This document shows, piece by piece, positions 25,199 to 37,779 of a stretch of 64,000 nucleotides of DNA. A program made the position numbers and the translations under genes. The DNA comes from Ruditapes philippinarum (Eukaryota): positions 62,001 through 126,000 of the forward strand of contig NW_026856799.1 in assembly GCF_026571515.1 (NCBI RefSeq). The letters are read 5' to 3'. The notes beneath the pieces are model-generated. The model was not told where the DNA came from. It searched no databases and saw nothing but the letters and a program-made list of their open reading frames with translations. How positions within the stretch are numbered: position 1 is the stretch's first letter; each line of letters starts with the position of its first letter.

Positions 25199-25935
25199 GT
25201 CAATCAACAAATACATGTATGGTGTTAGGAGAATGTTGACATCTACCTATATGCATTACATGTAACACAAATTGCATACGTTACTGGTGTAAATTATTAC
25301 AAATACCTTCTCACAGATATCCAAAAACAATGCTACTTAATGTTACATGCTCTCGACAATGCTGGAAAAAATTGCTGGGCAACAAATGTTAAATTACTTT
25401 TATCCCAATACGAATTTGGATATGCATAGATATCACAAACTGTTGGTGATTGTAAATTGTTTATTTAAATGTTTAGAAACAGATTGATAGATTCTTCTAC
25501 TCAAAACTGGCATGATACTATAAAGAACTCAAGTCGTTGTCATCATTAAAATCATTTTAAGAGTTTACTTAATGTTGAACGATATTTGTCTATTGATATG
25601 CCTTTAAAACATAAAATTGCATCAACAAAGTTTAGATGTTCAAATCATAAATTATACATAAAGAAAGGCAGACATTTAAATGTTTCATACAATGATCGTT
25701 GATGTACTCTTTGCTTAAAAAGGACATTAGATGTATAGACTGTGAATATCATGCATTTTTCCATTGTTGTCAATATACCGATATAAGAAATTATTATCTA
25801 TTTAGCTGGTATAATTCAGGAACTAGTGTGGAAAACTTTTATAATTTATTATCAACTTGTAATGATGAAACTCCTCGAAAATTATATACATATATTTATT
25901 ATCTTATGGAATGTATTAGAGTTATTTCACATTAA
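25199..25935 (+). mobile_element. RTEX-like LINE 3' fragment (ORF2 C-terminus with CCHC knuckle), decayed
   Basis: MVLGEC..CIRYWCKLL..YPK/QCYLML..WATNVKLLL..RLIDSSTQNW..KFRCSNHKL..GRH..CTLC..DCEYHAFFHC..YTDIR, with stops and frameshifts. Clade name from motif recall. Confidence 0.85.
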
Positions 25936-26187
25936 GTAAATAATTGTGTATCATTTCATAACATTTTCGCAAGAATAGATGGCGCGACACCTTAAGGAAA
26001 CATTTTACTAGCGTAATGGATCTAGTTACATATATAATCATTTTTCGTTAGCCAAAGGACGAATGTGTTGTAAGCTAGGATTTCGCTGATGAATGTAATG
26101 TTTTAGTTTGTTTGTTTCGAGCTTTTGGATGTTATTTCGTAGTAAGCAATCCTTCTACCCGACCCGATAAAAGTATCGTATGAATCA

Positions 26188-26285
26188 GTAGTCCAGTGGT
26201 AGGATTCAGGATTCTTCACTTGAGATGGAGAGGATACGAGCTCGAATCATAGTATTCTAATTTCCTGAGCATGAACAAGCTTTTC
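26188..26285 (+). mobile_element. Degenerate tRNA-derived SINE head
   Basis: A-box 'gtagtccagtggtagga', B-box-like 'gagctcgaatc', CORE-like 'cctgagca'. Confidence 0.45.
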
Positions 26286-28344
26286 GACATTGTTGCATTT
26301 CATTTGCGAGGGAGAAATCGGTATTTAAAAGTATAAAAAGTTAGTGCTTATTGTTATCCATTAAAATAACGAGACAATGTTGCCTAGAATTAGCGTGTAA
26401 TAAGTACCATAATTTATTTAACAGCCAACTTATTCTAAGTCCCTGTCATATTACCGCAAACTTGCCCACTTTTCTTTCAAAAAACTCATCAGTTGACTAA
26501 TCTCTCTCACAAAAGGAAACCTCTGCCATAAAACAATATTAGCGTTATTTTTCTGAAACACCACTGCTAATGGAATGTTCACATAACTCCATAATATAAA
26601 GACACATGATTCTTGAATATATTGAAGTCCAATGCAAATATTGATACTTTATATATGTATGTATTAATCAAGAACGAATAAAATGGAATCTACAAACTGT
26701 ATATCTGATTTTCATTATAATTATGCTTCTTACATAATATGGGTCGTCACTTTTATTTTAAAAGCATTTGCATACCTCAAACCTCCAAATTTAGTTTAAT
26801 ACTAATTGACACTAAACGGGGGTCGTTCATAGTCATAAAAATGTGATTTATTGGCATATGACATAGACGAAAGTGTCAGAAGGTGTCACAATTTGCTTTT
26901 TGTTTAAGCCTTTGAAAAGGTCTTTAGCTTGAATGTTTAACGTTTTTCACGGAATACTGTATTAACTCTCAAGGCATTACAACATATTTTTTTCTACTAA
27001 TTATAAAGAAGAAAAAAAATTATTTGCTTTAAAATACTCGCTTCAAGATATCATGAGTATCATTTAGCACACACTATGTTATAGAGACAGTATTAATGTG
27101 TTGTATGTATGAATACCCGGTATTTCACACCGTTATGACATCTGTTAAAAGGAATCCGTCATATAAAAGCTGAAGAAATTTTAAAAGGTTTCTAACAGCT
27201 GTCATGTTTATCATATTAAAACTTGACTAGAAATCAAATCATTTCATTGGTAATGTCAGAGATGTATAAAAGTCGTTTTTAAAAATATGTTTTAATGCGT
27301 TCGCGTATAATATAGTACGCGCAGGATTTTGTTGCAATTTCAGAATATTTCAAAAAGCAATGAATGCCCTAAATTAAACCGTTTATCCGTAACGCAACAA
27401 TATGAAAATAAAATGTGTTTATTTTTTACAATTATAGTCACCCAGAATATGTAAGATTATGACTGAAACGTAAGTATACTGCCCAAACGCATATATTTAT
27501 TTAAATTGAAATATAAATGTGCATACGACTACTAAGGCATTATATTTTAGCATCATTAATCGGGAGAAATGTTTGCTTTTCAAGGTCAAAGGGAGACAAA
27601 TATTTTGATCCGATCATTCCTGCTGGGCTAATAGTAAATACAGAGACACTATTTTTACAAAAATCTGAACAGTTTGAACTAATAAATAGCACGACTAATT
27701 TTATTCTGGACAAGTGTCTTATAAATAGTTAACTTTCTAACTTTTGAAATGTACTTTATCCGAAATAACCAAGAGTCTAGCTTTCACCTGGTGGTTACGA
27801 TATATTTTCAATAGTACAGTAATACTACAAGTCAGGTGATTTTGTTATCAAATTTATATTAAAATGTTGTTTTGGTCATTTAACATATTAGACTGATTAC
27901 AATGGTACTATAATGGTATGAAATATGTATTGAAAAGTATCTACTACAGATCATTCTCAAACAATAGATGACAACTGTTTGAAAAGTCCATTTCTAGAAA
28001 GTCTGACATTGTTAATAATCCGGCAGATATTGTACTCGACTAATAACATTTTAAATGAAAAGAGCACGCAAGTAATGTATACATTTGAGAATACACATTG
28101 TGGTCTACAAGACTCGTATTTCCTGGTAATTTTGACAGTGAATAATATATCTAAACAGTGATGGAATCCTTAACACGACAACATATTAGAACGATGCAAT
28201 GATTCATTGGCACAGTTCTTGGACAGCGATAGACTGTAAACTGACTGTATTCATTGTTTAGATAAAGTTACGATAACTATCTTATTTCACTTTCTTCTAT
28301 CAACAAGTGCTTAAAGACAAATTGTGCATATGCGAATAGAAACA

Positions 28345-28400
28345 GGGGACCTGAGTAAAACCCTCTTACTTCGGTAGCCTAGCTAGGTATATTGCTCAAA
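28345..28400 (-). mobile_element. SINE central-domain fragment
   Basis: 'ggggacctgagtaaaacc...cggtagcctagctagg' is a reverse, degenerate copy of the 3838-4080 family. Confidence 0.45.
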
Positions 28401-30034
28401 GGAAATGATTCAATTACAATGCAGACTTTGACCAGACAACTCTTCTATGGCCCTAAGGCTTGCTTTTTGACTATGTATTAGAAAACCCCACACCACTTCA
28501 GATAGTAAAATCTGTTTTTTTCCTATCGTTATAAATGTTAATATGCCAAAAACACAGTGTGTACCTTGTAAATGTACATTAATCTATAATAATAAATTAA
28601 TAAATCAAATATAAAAGCAACTTCAATCAACGGCGTCATTAAAACGAATCTTTGGCTCAGCGGTCCATCACGCTGACATTGTTTTGTTTGTATGCTTATA
28701 ATTAATAATTAAATCAATTCATCAAGCGAGCCTTCTTCTGATAGAAAAAATGTCTTTCTACAAAATAAAAATGCTAAACCAAGTGAGGAATCTCTTTACA
28801 CGCTAGCATCAAATATATGATCAGCGAAATTTTACCCTAATTTTCTGTAACGTTTGTTCGATTAACCTGATTATAAATGATAAAGTAGAGCAATAGTATC
28901 ATTTCAGTTTTATAGTTTCATTTTTCGAAAACCAAACCTACTCATTCAACAAAACACTCAGGTTATTTTCACAGTATATAAAGTTACAATTTGCATGTTA
29001 TTTCTTTAAAGTTGTCATGCACGCATTAAAGTTAATTCCCAATAGTCACACCTTACATTTAATCTGTTTCAACAGGAGTATGACCTTTAACTGAACTATA
29101 TTGTACAAATAGGGTTTGGAGGCACATTGATACTAAAATGAAGAAAAAATTTAACGGTGTGTTTCATAAGGTCTCTGACAAAAAATACGACCTTTTTTAA
29201 ATGCTTTTCACATGACAAAAGCAGCATTAAATGTGATGTTATTTGTCATAAAAGTAGGTGAACGAAATACACGATAGAGATGCTCTTAAAGAAATACAAC
29301 ATCACAGATATAACTGCGTTTCATTTTTTGTTTGGTGTGTGCGCGTGTGCGTGTGTGTGTGTGTATGTTTTGGGGGTGCTTTGTGGGTGTTGGTGAAATG
29401 AAAGTTCGATTTGAAAAATGCATTAAATGTATTTCATATTGGCAATAAGTCACATATTATACCATTGTGTAACTCTAATGCTACAGATCGATGCAAATTT
29501 ACTTTAAATAGTATTATACTGAAAGTGAATAATTAAAAAACAGATTTATGCAACTAGGAATGGAAATATGTATTCTTTTTTATTGATATACAAACACTGA
29601 TTTGCAAATAATAGAGTCTTTTTACTTCCTTGTTTTTACGCTATTAATTTTTGTATTGATTGAACGAAATTTCTAGAAGTAAAGAGAAAGTTAACATCAA
29701 TTTTTGCTTGACAACATCTAACTCGGTAAGTAAAACGGCGTCTAGAAGTAATAAGAGCACGCTGTTTACAGCGTATTATTTTCAAATAAAAGATATTCAT
29801 ACCTATTTCAGACACATAGATTGATTAAAATCAGTTAACACATAACAAAGGCGCATTTGTTGACCTTTTTCCTTACATCTTATATATTTATTTCATTTAA
29901 AATTCAGATATATTTTAATTACAGCAAACTGTTAGCTCTTAATGATTTTGTCAGGTGTAAAGTATCATTTAACATTCGAGGTCGTGAACTATGTTTGTTG
30001 TTTTGAAAAGAAATGAAATAAAAATGAAATACTT

Positions 30035-30528
30035 TTATATAAACTCAAACTTTATCACTTTTCTGTAACATCATTAAAACTGTTTCGTATCTGTCTAATC
30101 GTATGCAAATAATTCAAATTGGAGACTTAAAATCTGACGTTCAATATGTTACCTCTGGCGTTCCACTAGGCTCAATATTAGGTCCTTTACTGTTTCTTCT
30201 TTATATAAATGATCTACCAAATATTTGCGAGGATGTTAACATAGATTTATATGCTGATGATTCCACGTTGCATAAATCTGGAGATGACATATCAGTAATA
30301 GAGGAAAAACTACAATATAGCCTTAATATGATTATTAAGTGGTGTAAAATAAATAATATGCTTTTACACCCTAAAAAATCTAAAAGTATGCTGGTAGGTA
30401 GTAGACAAAAGCTAAAGATTGCAAAAGCATTAAATTTGAAAATTAACGACTCAACTCTTGACAATGTAGAATCACAAAAACTGCTTGGTATTTATGTTGA
30501 AAATACACTGAATTGGCATTGTCAGGTA
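30035..30528 (+). mobile_element. CR1/L2-clade LINE reverse-transcriptase fragment (5' partner of 23408-24403)
   Basis: SYLSNRMQ..SGVPLGSILGPLLFLLYINDL..LYADDSTL..WCKINNMLLHPKKSKSM..LLGIYVENTLNWHCQV; stops abruptly at a TA insertion. Confidence 0.93.
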
Positions 30529-32265
30529 CTAGTAATCAAAGATGGTATATTTTCGATCCTTGAAGATCGTTCAGCACGACATTATTGTTGTGTATACATG
30601 TTATGTGGTACTTTTAGTTTCTTCTATTTGGCCTTTTTCAACTTGGGTGGTTCCAGTATTCCTACTTGAATACTGTATAATCACCCTTAGGATATGTTGC
30701 CTGCTTTTTAAATTTGTCTTTTGACGTCTTGTCTGTGATACGCAGGCTTCATAACCTCAGATCCCCTTTCAAAATTCCATTTTATTTAGTTCCGCCCATT
30801 GTTTTCTCGTTTAGGGCACACGCATTCTTTTACTTGGGGACCATACGCCGCTTTTCATGGAATGGCACTACTGTGTCACATTGAAGGTTCCATGATAATC
30901 GCCGTATGAACACATCTGCGGATGTCTCTAAATTCAAAATTTCACCATTTTTCGTGTTTAAATGTTGAATTCTGCTTAAGCCGGTGCTAGGGGGCGTGGA
31001 CGGTAACTTGCACTTTCCAGTACCGTCCATGAACAGGCTCAATCAAACCGAGCCTGCAACATTTTCAATTTTGTCGTGTTGGGCTTTCTTTAGGGATTCT
31101 GTATTTCTCTATTTTATGTGGTATTTTTAGTCTCTTCTATTTGACCTTTTTCAACTTGGGTGGTTCCAGTATTCCTACTTGAATACTGTTTAATCACCCT
31201 TAGGATATGTGGCCTGCTTTTTAACTTTGTCTTTTGACGTCTTATCTGTGATATGCAGGCTTCATAACCTCTGATCCCCTTTCAAAATTCCATTTTGTTT
31301 AGTTCCGCCCATTGTTTTCTCGTTTAGGGCTCAAGCTTTTTATTACTTGGGGACCATACGCCACTTTTCATGAATTGGCACTACTGTGTCACATTGAAGG
31401 TTCCATGATAACCGCCGTATGAACACATCTGCGGATGTTTCTAAATTCAAAACTTTACCATTTCATGTTAAAATGTTGAATTCTGCTTAAGCCGGTGCTA
31501 GGGGGCGTGGACGGTAACATGCACTTTCCAGTACCGTCCATGAACAGGCTCAATCAAACCGCGCCTGCAACATTTTCAACTTTGCCGTGTTGAGCTTTCT
31601 TTAGGGATTCTGTTTTTCTCTATTTTTTCGGTCACATCAGTGTTATTTGTGCCGTGTGGCGGCCGTAAAAAGTCTCCCCGTACATTAAATCAAAGATGTT
31701 ATATTTTCGATCCTTGAAGATCGTTCAGCACGACATAATTGTTGTGTATACATGTTATGTGGTATTTTTAGTCTCTTCTATTTAGCCTTTTTCAACTTGG
31801 TTGGTTCCAGTATTCCTACTTGAATACTGTTGAATCACCCTTAGGATATGTGGCCTGCTTTTTAACTTTGTCTTTTGACGTCTTATCCGTGATATGCAGG
31901 CTTCATAACCTCTGTTCCCCTTTCAAAATTCTATTTTGTTTAGTTCCGCCCATTGTTTTCTCGTTTAGGGTTCAAGCTTTTTCTACTTGGGGACCAAACG
32001 CCGATTTTCATGGAATGGCACTACTGTGTCACATTGAAGGTTCCATGATAACCGCCGTATGAACACATCTGCGGATGTTTCTAAATTCAAAACTTTACTA
32101 TTTCATGTTAAAATGTTGAATTCTGCTTAAGCCGGTGTTAGGGGGCGTGGACGGTAACTTTCACTTTCCAGTACCGTCTATGAACAGGCTCAATTAAACC
32201 GAGCCTGCAACATTTTCAATTTTGCAGTGTTGGTCTTTCTTTAGGGATTCTATTTTTCTCTATTT
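30529..32265 (+). mobile_element. Head-to-tail array (3 units) of a ~650-bp non-autonomous element with CTAGTAA...TTACTAG ends
   Basis: Highly similar units at 30529-31113, 31114-31686 and ~31688-32265; begins TA|CTAGTAATC; other copies at 18755, 24404, 35820 and 62506. Confidence 0.9.
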
Positions 32266-32868
32266 CATTTGCACCAAGTTATGGCCCTTTTAGCACTTAG
32301 AAAATGAATAATGGTTAACCTAAACCGGCAAGTTGGAAATGTGTTATGTTCTATCTGAACTAATGGCATAATAATTTTCACACTTACTTATCAATACAAT
32401 GTACATGATATTGCCAATTTATATAAATGTGCCGTTCATTTTCCCAGTAATTTGCCTTTTTATCACTTTGAAAATATGGCCTTGTATGGTTAACCTATTC
32501 GGCAAGTTTGATTTATAAAAAAAATTCACCTAATTACTTAATATATTTAATGATATCTTTCATATTTTGAAGGTGGAAACCTTTAACGGTCCCATAATTT
32601 TTTGTTGCGTTAGGCGTCTCTAGGTTAAGGTCAAGGTCACTTGTATAAAAAAATAAATCTAAACATTTCTGCTCATACACCCTTTATTTTTAAGTTTATG
32701 TATTTCATGTTTATAATAGTCATACCAAGGGAGGTTCTCTTCCTTTTCCTTTAGTAAGGGGTCATTTGGGTCAAGGTCACAAATGTCAAAAATAGATTTT
32801 TTTTTAAATATTGTTACTGACAAGAATCTGAGCCGGGGGCATTTGTGTTTAACAAACACGTTCTTGTT
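32266..32868 (-). mobile_element. 5' part of a Helentron-associated element
   Basis: Minus strand starts 'aacaagaacgtgtttgttaaacacaaatgcccccgg', contains 'gtgaccttgacc' cores and ends 'aagggccataacttggtgcaaatg'. Confidence 0.75.
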
Positions 32869-34114
32869 GTAGTTCTGATTATAGCTATACCCACAAACTA
32901 AGCTCGTTCCGTGACGTATGACAGGGAAATAGAATCACAGTTTTAAAGGAAAAAAATTACAGTTCAAATATAAGTGGCAATGTGAGGCCTCCCCACCTAC
33001 GGAATGAATACAGTTTTCTTCCTTTAGCTACTATTATTAAAACTCCCAGAGATGAAATTACATTTAATATAATGCACTCCTACGTAAGAAGTTGATATAT
33101 TTCTCTCTTCTAATTGATATAAACAACACCTGAATAATTAGTTCATTGAGGAAATAAAATTCTATATATAAAAGCCTATATTAATAGACAGAATGACTTA
33201 AAGGAGCTCTTTTCTGCAGACATAGAATTTAAGCCCCTTTAAGTAATCGAGATATACAATAACTATTGTAAATGACGTAAAGTCCAGTGATATAAATGTC
33301 CTAATTCTGCTAGGGGATTAGGGGAAAGTATCTTGCCACCACGACATTTTTGGGCGTTCTTTAGGAAGTCCGTTTTCTCTATTTCATATATTAAATGTCT
33401 TCAATCCAACATGAATTTGATAACTGATCTCTCATTTTTCTATAGAAACGTGGATTATTCCTCTAAAATACAATTTATCTCTGGACGTAAAGTAATGTCA
33501 ACGTTAAATCTGACATTTTAGATATTTCTTGTTTAGATGCAAATGTTCATGCCTAATTTGTTTTTAATTACACATAAATATATTTATTAAGACTGCCTAC
33601 AGGTTTCCTAGTCGTAACACATTATTTAAGATAATACTATGAACAAATATAGGATATAATCATAATATTTATCTTTTTTCATGATACCTTTTTTGACATA
33701 AATACGTATACTTTATTTGTACTATGAAGTATTTCTTCACAAGAAAAGCTTTAAATTACCATGACATAAATTGTTGCTTAATTTCCAGAGGGTCGTAAGA
33801 TGGAATTTTATACTTTGAGAAATAAGCATTTAAAGATTTTAGTTACGTGACGGATTTCTCTGATTGTTGTTTTGAGTTATTTTCTAAATTTTCAAAAACA
33901 TATTTTATCTTATTTACTATAAAGTAAAACCAACGGGAAATGAGATACAACTTTTCTAAATTTTGAGATATTCTTAGTCAATTCCACAATAACGTAGCGA
34001 CCTGTGACCTTTAAGAAGTAAGAAGTCCCAATGAAATACGTTTTACGTCAATATAATAATTAATAAAACGTAGTTGATTAAAACTTTATTAAAACGAAGC
34101 ATCGTAGTTGTAAG

Positions 34115-34400
34115 TTCAACATATACGTCACATTTTCACATAAAATATCAGAAATGAATTTTACTAAAGTATATTTGTGCTTTTTTAGCCCTGTTAAAAG
34201 AGTCATTGTTACATGCGCTTTCTTGCTTTAATCTTCCGTATAGCATTTGAAACTGTAACTAAATAATTATATATTCTCATGAAAGAAAATTAAAAGCTGA
34301 TTTGATTACACTAAAACAATATGATATGTATGTTGGTATTTGAATTTATTCCTACAAAGACTTACGTTTGTTACTGTTTCGATTTGGCTTTTAAATTAAG
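34115..34400 (-). repeat. Inverted paralog of 3775-3810 plus 4110-4355
   Basis: Reverse complement aligns by eye over ~250 bp, e.g. 'aaattcaaatacca...atatcatattgtttt.gtg.aatc' and 'agttacagtttcaa.tg.tatacggaagat.aaagcaagaa'. Confidence 0.85.
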
Positions 34401-35819
34401 GAATTCTGCATTAAAAATGCATTTAAATTTTAGTGACAAGTGAAATATATACAGACACATTGACACTGATAAAGAGAAATGCTTCATTATTACCTTAACT
34501 ATTTTGTTGGTAATGTTCTGTATAAAACTTGTTTTAATTATAGCAATACATTTATAACTTACACATATTGGTTAATCGAACTAATTATAAAATGATAATA
34601 ATATCTGTACACTTACTTTACAAATATTTTTGTAAATTTTTGGGTGTGGCGTTTGCCATCAACTTATCAATAAAATCTGAAAAATGAAATAAAAACGACA
34701 ACGTTAAGCAATAATGCAATATATCATTGCAGGTGAAGTAGCCCACAACTTATCGATACGCCAAATTTCATATTTTGTCTTTAAATAATTTCCGATTTGC
34801 AAGCGGCGTCTAGTAGATATGCATTTGTCCATACAGCAATGGGGAATAGTTAAGACTTGATTTTGTGTATTTTTTTTGTTTTAACAAAATCACTCTTGTT
34901 TTTAAATTTCTAATAAAAATAGCTTTTATGATGTACAACATGTCACAGAGCTTTTAGGGATTAGAATAAACGTTTAACTGAAGTTATAGTGCCATGTTTG
35001 AATATCATATTCTTTTTATCATTATCTAATTTTATCTACATTATAAATAACGTGCCAATGAGCCAGTCTATAGTCGATCGTTCTAAAACTTAACCGTTGA
35101 GAGAGGTAACAACTGAGGCAGTGTCACTTACTTCATTTGCTTCGCCTCTGTTGAAGTTCGGCTCCGCCTTAAATTGTCATATAAAATTTTAGATTATGCT
35201 CCATATGCTAGCATTTAGTCTTCGTTGACGGGGTAGAAGGGAACCAGGACAACTTTGATCAATATCACTTGTCGAATCATTAAATTACAAGTTACAAAGC
35301 CTAAACCACGCCCACTATCAGAGAGGTGGTTCTCACTCAACCATGTGCAGCATCAACATTTAACTTGTTTATAAAACATATACGTACGAAAGGGAAACAT
35401 GCACTGTTATACTTTTCTACATGTAACTGTTCTTTCATTATTAAGCATATTTTGTTTCCTAGTTCTGCCTTTTATCTCACTTAATACAAATGTTTATAAT
35501 TGAAATGTTTCTGTTGAACAGACTATTTCTTACTTGAATGACAGCGGCCACAATCACAAAAGATATATCCAAAGATCGCCTTTAAACATAAACTAGGATT
35601 GACTGCTTTTATTTCCTGATGGATACATTCCTATAAACTATAATATAGTAATATTATCAATTGATATATTCTGTTAAAGGAATAAGTTGCACAGGCGCAT
35701 ACATTTAGTTCACTTATTTTGTATGCTTTAACTCTTACCAAACTTATCTTATCCATCTTTCATTCCAACAAGAAAAGTCAACATTTCAGGGAACTTTTCA
35801 TAACTGACTTAATTACAAT

Positions 35820-35968
35820 ATTCATGTTTACATATTGAATTCTGCTCAAGCTAGGTTGCATGGAGTGTAGATTGTACTTTCCAGTACAGTCCGTGAATAG
35901 GCTTTATCAAACCAATCCTGTTTAACATTTTTAATGTTGCGGTTTTGCGCCTTTTTTGGAGGATTTTT
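35820..35968 (+). mobile_element. Old fragment of the CTAG-terminal element
   Basis: 'ttgaattctgct.aagc...actttccagtac.gtcc.tgaa.aggct...atcaaacc' aligns to 30965-31100. Confidence 0.7.
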
Positions 35969-36926
35969 AGCAAACAGTGCTGTTATTAAGGGTTGACTTG
36001 TATTGAATATATCTCATATTTAAATTTGAAAAGCTTAAATTAGATGATTGCTGTTTTAATTGTCAAGAAACATGTTTCTTATTTTTATCACCCTCGCCTT
36101 CGGACTGTGACTGTTTATTGGCAAATTATACGGGTGTTTTTCCTTCTTTTTTTAACAAAATATATGAAACGATGTTAGATTAGTTCTTTCAGTACAAAAG
36201 AATCTGATATCTAAATTAAATCACATATTTAGTATTACAACATTTTAATTCAAAGCTAATCATTTGCCTTCCAACACAATAATGAGGAAGAAAATATGCA
36301 ACATACATTTCTAGAATACATTTTACAGCTATCAAGTGGTTGAACATATGTTTTTAGTTGTAACCTGTACACTCCTGTGCATTTTGTTTGCAATAACATT
36401 GTATCACATTAATCTCAAACAGCTAGACGGAATAAAATACATCAGACGAATAATAAGCATGGTTCTAAAGGTCTTAACACAATAACTGAATCCAAATGTG
36501 TAAAATTGTGTTTGTTTAGCTAACCAGCTCAGTGATTGTAAATACATAATTTGTATCAAAGGAAAATGTTTTGGGTTAGGGTTCGATTGTGTTTATATTG
36601 TTTATCAGTATTTTTTTTATTTAGTATCGCTTATGTCTGAACACATTTTATCACTTTCTCCTGTCCCATTAACAAGAAGTAATATGGCATTACATAAACG
36701 CCTCTTTTGTCTATGAAATGATCCTCATTTATTGTTTCTGACTTGATAACAAAGACAGCACATCTTTATAATGAGTTCATAGCCTTTGCTAATTTACTTT
36801 TGTTCACAAGAAATTGTTTATTTGGGTTGAGAATAATTCATTGCAATACTTTAATATACATGTATGTATTTTTACGGGGATACAAAACAATACGAACTTT
36901 GTTGAAGATTTATAGAAAAGACGATA

Positions 36927-37627
36927 CAGTAGAATGCATTCTAAACACACCCTGAAATTAGGACAATCGCTTTATTAAGACCATTTTTAAAAGAACGAAA
37001 TTTCCTGTTCTTTATGTTAATGATAGGCATTCATAGCATGACCAACAATTAAGACCATCTCTCTTATCCATGTTTAAGACCTTAAGTTTTAGTCCGAAAT
37101 CCTTGTTTTTTCTTTATCTAATCAAACTATTGAGACCAATGATAATCCAAACAACACTTATTTATGTCTTGTGTTTGTTCTTATTCATCGGATTGAATGT
37201 TCTTAAACAGGCAACTTGATGAAACAAAGTGTTTAAACTGTTATGATTGGAAAATTGTATACAGTTTGGTGAGAACTAGTGCTTTAATGTTCCTTTCTGT
37301 TAATTTGTTTTTGTGAAGAATATGAGTTATGTACAGGAAACAAGATTGATGAAAAATTAATATACAATATTGATTTTTTTTCAGACTTATGTTTTTATGA
37401 GGAGTAGATTTATAACATCAGTATATAGTGATATTTGAAGGTAATAATATGATTGTTTAAACATGTATATACATGTACATACTAATTCAAAATAGAGCAG
37501 TCATGACATATGTATGCCTTGATAATAATATCCACAATTAAGACCATCCCACACTTAAGACCACTTTAGTCCAGTCCCTTTGGTGATTCTAAGATTTTGC
37601 ATTCTTAAAAAGCGTTAATTTTTACTG
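36927..37627. mobile_element. Tigger/pogo-like MITE
   Basis: TA|CAGTAGAA start, TTTTACTG end, repeated internal 'ttaagacc' motifs. Confidence 0.5.
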
Positions 37628-37779
37628 CATTTAACAATATCGAAAATAAAAGTGGAATCTTTTTTAACCAATAAGTGCAAATGTTGATGGTGATGTTGGT
37701 GCCTAGAAATTGTATTTCATTGTATTCAATTTAAATTTAAAAAAAAACCTCATCAGACAATATCTACTTAACTGTTCAA

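Noticed and set aside
30103-30669. 188-aa ORF as a functional RT gene
   Set aside because: It is a chimera: a truncated LINE RT reading through into the inserted element after residue ~142.
30529-32265. Canonical Helitron (TC...CTAG) interpretation
   Set aside because: The reconstructed target shows CTAG at both ends and a duplicated TA, which Helitrons do not make.
35131-35168. Minus-strand 36-nt exon AEPNFNRGEANE
   Set aside because: The 'ggcggagcc...gaggc...tgcctc' layout resembles a MITE end, and there is no supporting neighbouring exon.
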